Shown here: positions 57,717-59,894 of the stretch, one piece after another
Layout: every line of letters starts with the position of its first letter
Position numbering within the stretch: position 1 is the first letter of the stretch
DNA from: a virus
Taxonomy: Duplodnaviria > Caudoviricetes
Direction: 5' to 3' (one strand)
Virus record (IMG/VR): IMGVR_UViG_3300033388_003934
Span: 1-59,894 of that record
DNA length: 59,894 nucleotides
Notes under the pieces: model-generated
The model's database searches: none
Seen by the model: only the letters and a program-made list of their open reading frames with translations
What the model was told of the DNA's origin: nothing
Position numbers and translations under genes: made by a program

Positions 57717-58526
57717 CTATGATAGATTATCTTTTTTATAGGATTTAATTTTCTGACCTTTGTAGTTACTATTTTCGTCAACACCTACTTCAAGTATTAC
57801 AAACTTATTTACATAAGGTTGCATTAACTCTACAATAGCATTTACGAATGAAGGAACTTTATCAGAATTAATTCCCATAGCGATGTAATATTCTTTAGAA
57901 ATTACCTCTTTTTCTACACCATTTTCATCTTGTACTTTGTGAAACACATCTTTAGATGGATTCTTTATTAAGTCGCAATCAGCGTCTAATGTAGAACGAA
58001 TTTCTTGAAGTCTTAATGCTTTTAATTTAGCATATCTATCTCCAATACTTTTACCTTCAGGTATTTTTCCATTAGCAAAATCTTGTTCAGCTTGAGCATA
58101 TAATGCTTGACAATCCAATTCCCAATACTTTAATGTTTGTACTGTTTGTGGCTCTTCGCCTGGATTAGCAGTTTGCTGAACAGAAGTCATAATTGGATAA
58201 GTGATTTCAGGAATTTTACCTTCAGAAATTGCTTTAGAGAAAAACAATTCATCAGTTGCAATACTTCTCATAAGGTATCTCAACCTTTGAAAAGAATTTT
58301 GTAAATTTCTGTAATTTGAAGTTCTTAAATAATCATCAATACCCATTTCAGGATTTAGATTATTTACGAAATCAAATTTAACACTTAAACTCCCATTCTT
58401 CTTATTAGAATGGCTTTCAATTGACTTTAAAAAATGTTTACCATTTTTGGTTTCACGAATGTTCTTTAAATTTTCAGACATTCCGCCTAAAGTTAAATTG
58501 TTTAAGAAATCTTGTTCTGTATTCAT
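57717..58526 (-). CDS. Hypothetical protein
   Basis: 269 aa; stem-loop upstream, terminator downstream. Confidence 0.7.
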   Translation of the reverse strand: MNTEQDFLNNLTLGGMSENLKNIRETKNGKHFLKSIESHSNKKNGSLSVKFDFVNNLNPEMGIDDYLRTSNYRNLQNSFQRLRYLMRSIATDELFFSKAISEGKIPEITYPIMTSVQQTANPGEEPQTVQTLKYWELDCQALYAQAEQDFANGKIPEGKSIGDRYAKLKALRLQEIRSTLDADCDLIKNPSKDVFHKVQDENGVEKEVISKEYYIAMGINSDKVPSFVNAIVELMQPYVNKFVILEVGVDENSNYKGQKIKSYKKDNLS

Positions 58527-58548
58527 AATATATAATTTTATTGATTAA

Positions 58549-58584
58549 ACAAGGAACAACAAAGCAATGCTTGTTATCCCTTGT
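58549..58584 (-). promoter_or_regulatory. Conserved intergenic stem-loop
   Basis: ACAAGGGAUAACAAGC-AUU-GCUUUGUUGUUCCUUGU before ATG 58526. Confidence 0.8.
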
Positions 58585-58590
58585 GATTTC

Positions 58591-59001
58591 TTAAAAATAT
58601 GTTTCTTCTTCATAATCATAGTTAATGCATTTACATTTCAATTTTTGTGCTTTAACTTTACTATTATGTTCTTGTACCCATTTATCATATATAGCATACT
58701 TTCTATTAATATTTTTCAAAATATTATAATTGTTATAATATTTAGATTTTTTAATAAATATATTATCTCTTCTATGCTGATATATAGATTTCATTATTCT
58801 ATTAACAAACTTTTTATCTATAACTGCATAAAGAGCATATAATTTAAATACTTTATAATGTTTATTGGTTGATTTGACTTTCTTTACATATAAGTAACTC
58901 ATATCATAACCAAAACACCAATAAACATTATTATTTAAAAGATGCTCAACTTGAAAAGGTTCTTCAAGAACTCTAATTTTAGAAAATTTTATTTTTCTCA
59001 T
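58591..59001 (-). CDS. Hypothetical basic protein
   Basis: ATG at 59001 (MRKIKF); the track start at 59037 lies inside the stem-loop. Confidence 0.5.
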   Translation of the reverse strand: MRKIKFSKIRVLEEPFQVEHLLNNNVYWCFGYDMSYLYVKKVKSTNKHYKVFKLYALYAVIDKKFVNRIMKSIYQHRRDNIFIKKSKYYNNYNILKNINRKYAIYDKWVQEHNSKVKAQKLKCKCINYDYEEETYF

Positions 59002-59017
59002 AGCTAATAATTTAAAA

Positions 59018-59045
59018 TTCAACCAACACCGAAGCATTGGCTGAA
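59018..59045 (-). promoter_or_regulatory. Conserved intergenic stem-loop with cUUCGg tetraloop
   Basis: UUCAGCCAAUGC-UUCG-GUGUUGGUUGAA; three G-U pairs. Confidence 0.85.
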
Positions 59046-59049
59046 AACA

Positions 59050-59151
59050 TTATTGTGTTAAATATGCATATAACACAACAGAAATAACAGTTATAATGAA
59101 TATAACCATTGCCTCTGCACCTGCTGTTTCAACTGGAGTTTTCTTTTTCAT
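59050..59151 (-). CDS. 33-aa membrane peptide (not in ORF track)
   Basis: MKKKTPVETAGAEAMVIFIITVISVVLYAYLTQ*. Confidence 0.5.
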   Translation of the reverse strand: MKKKTPVETAGAEAMVIFIITVISVVLYAYLTQ

Positions 59152-59161
59152 AACATTAATT

Positions 59162-59434
59162 TTAAGAGATTAGATACCTTTGTCTTTTACTTACACAATC
59201 AAAAATGCATAATATCTTTTTGACAACAACTTTAGTCATAATATTATCAGGATTTTTGATAAGTAAAGTGCAATTATTATTACAGCTTTCATCTACATAT
59301 TTAATCTTATGTTTATCTAACATAATCTTAATAATATTGTAAACTTCTTCAGCATAATTTATTGCACAAAATTCATCTTCATTACCTCTTATCATTAACT
59401 TATGAGGGTAAATCTTTAAATCGAAAGTTTTCAT
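59162..59434 (-). CDS. Hypothetical protein
   Basis: ATG at 59434 (MKTFDL); the track start at 59455 lies inside the stem-loop. Confidence 0.55.
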   Translation of the reverse strand: MKTFDLKIYPHKLMIRGNEDEFCAINYAEEVYNIIKIMLDKHKIKYVDESCNNNCTLLIKNPDNIMTKVVVKKILCIFDCVSKRQRYLIS

Positions 59435-59449
59435 AATTATAATTTTTAA

Positions 59450-59480
59450 ATTCAAGGAACAGCGAAGCGATCCCTTGAAT
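59450..59480 (-). promoter_or_regulatory. Conserved intergenic stem-loop
   Basis: AUUCAAGGGAUCGC-UUC-GCUGUUCCUUGAAU before ATG 59434. Confidence 0.8.
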
Positions 59481-59485
59481 AAAAA

Positions 59486-59770
59486 TTAGTTTAGATTAAA
59501 TAACTCATTACCCATACAATCATATTGTTGTATTTTATAATGTAAATCATTATCATTCTTTAATGCATATTCTCTAATTAATTCCTTATTAGCATATGCA
59601 TTATGATACTTAAAGATTATTGCTGGGTCTATATCCTTTTGATACATAAAGTTTTTAATCTCTTTAAATGTCATAAATGGATTCATATCAGAATAATCTT
59701 TCCATAGCTCGTTTTCTATTTCATTAATAGTTTTACAAGCTGTCGTGTAGTAATCGAAATAATTTCTCAT
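59486..59770 (-). CDS. Hypothetical protein
   Basis: 94 aa; flanked by stem-loop elements. Confidence 0.6.
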   Translation of the reverse strand: MRNYFDYYTTACKTINEIENELWKDYSDMNPFMTFKEIKNFMYQKDIDPAIIFKYHNAYANKELIREYALKNDNDLHYKIQQYDCMGNELFNLN

Positions 59771-59786
59771 AATAGTATAATTTTAA

Positions 59787-59814
59787 ATTCAAGGCACAAT
59801 TAAGTGCCCTGAAT
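59787..59814 (-). promoter_or_regulatory. Conserved intergenic stem-loop
   Basis: AUUCAGGGCAC-UUAAUU-GUGCCUUGAAU before ATG 59770. Confidence 0.8.
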
Positions 59815-59894
59815 AAAAATGGTTTTCTCATTATATGCTTACCAATAGCATATAAGATATTATAACTTGATGTAGCTATAATTACAGACTTCTA

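Noticed and set aside
41718-58842. Short plus-strand ORFs in the minus-strand block (e.g. 41718, 46041, 49103, 53288, 58567) and shifted-frame 53440-53823
   Set aside because: Antisense or frame shadows of real genes, F/I/L- or K/L-biased.
45225-59814. Reading the stem-loops as a CRISPR array or integron attC sites
   Set aside because: They are separated by whole genes of variable number, are not identical repeats, lack consistent RYYYAAC/GTTRRRY ends, and no cas or integrase gene is visible in the window.
1-59894. Stop-codon reassignment, known in some Crassvirales
   Set aside because: Very long ORFs are intact under code 11, and TAG (e.g. 10753) and TGA (e.g. 950) serve as normal stops in tightly packed genes.

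Overview
AT-rich fragment of a Crassvirales (crAss-like) podophage genome, probably infecting a Bacteroidota/Flavobacteriia host. The + strand (1-41.5 kb) runs: major capsid C-terminus, tail ring and muzzle genes, large ejected cargo proteins (one with a GH73-like muralytic domain, and a 3123-aa virion RNA polymerase with an RxP...DHDGD motif), Cys-rich fibre-hub and fibre/spike genes, and lysis genes. The - strand (41.5-59.9 kb) carries replication/recombination genes (DnaA domain IV-only protein, RecE-like exonuclease, Sak4-like ATPase, SSB-like protein, HU-like protein, DnaB) and early accessory genes. Two observations stand out. (1) A phage-borne PRTRC ubiquitin-like conjugation module (E1/ThiF, E2-like protein B, protein F, Ubl protein C ending in Gly, protein E) with no JAB protease or ParB visible in this window. 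(2) About 13 intergenic stem-loops that fold well only on the mRNA strand (G-U pairs), share a CUUYG(G/U)UG..CCUUG 3' arm, precede early/replication genes and also punctuate the PRTRC module. All calls come from reading motifs and gene order by eye; no database searches were run.
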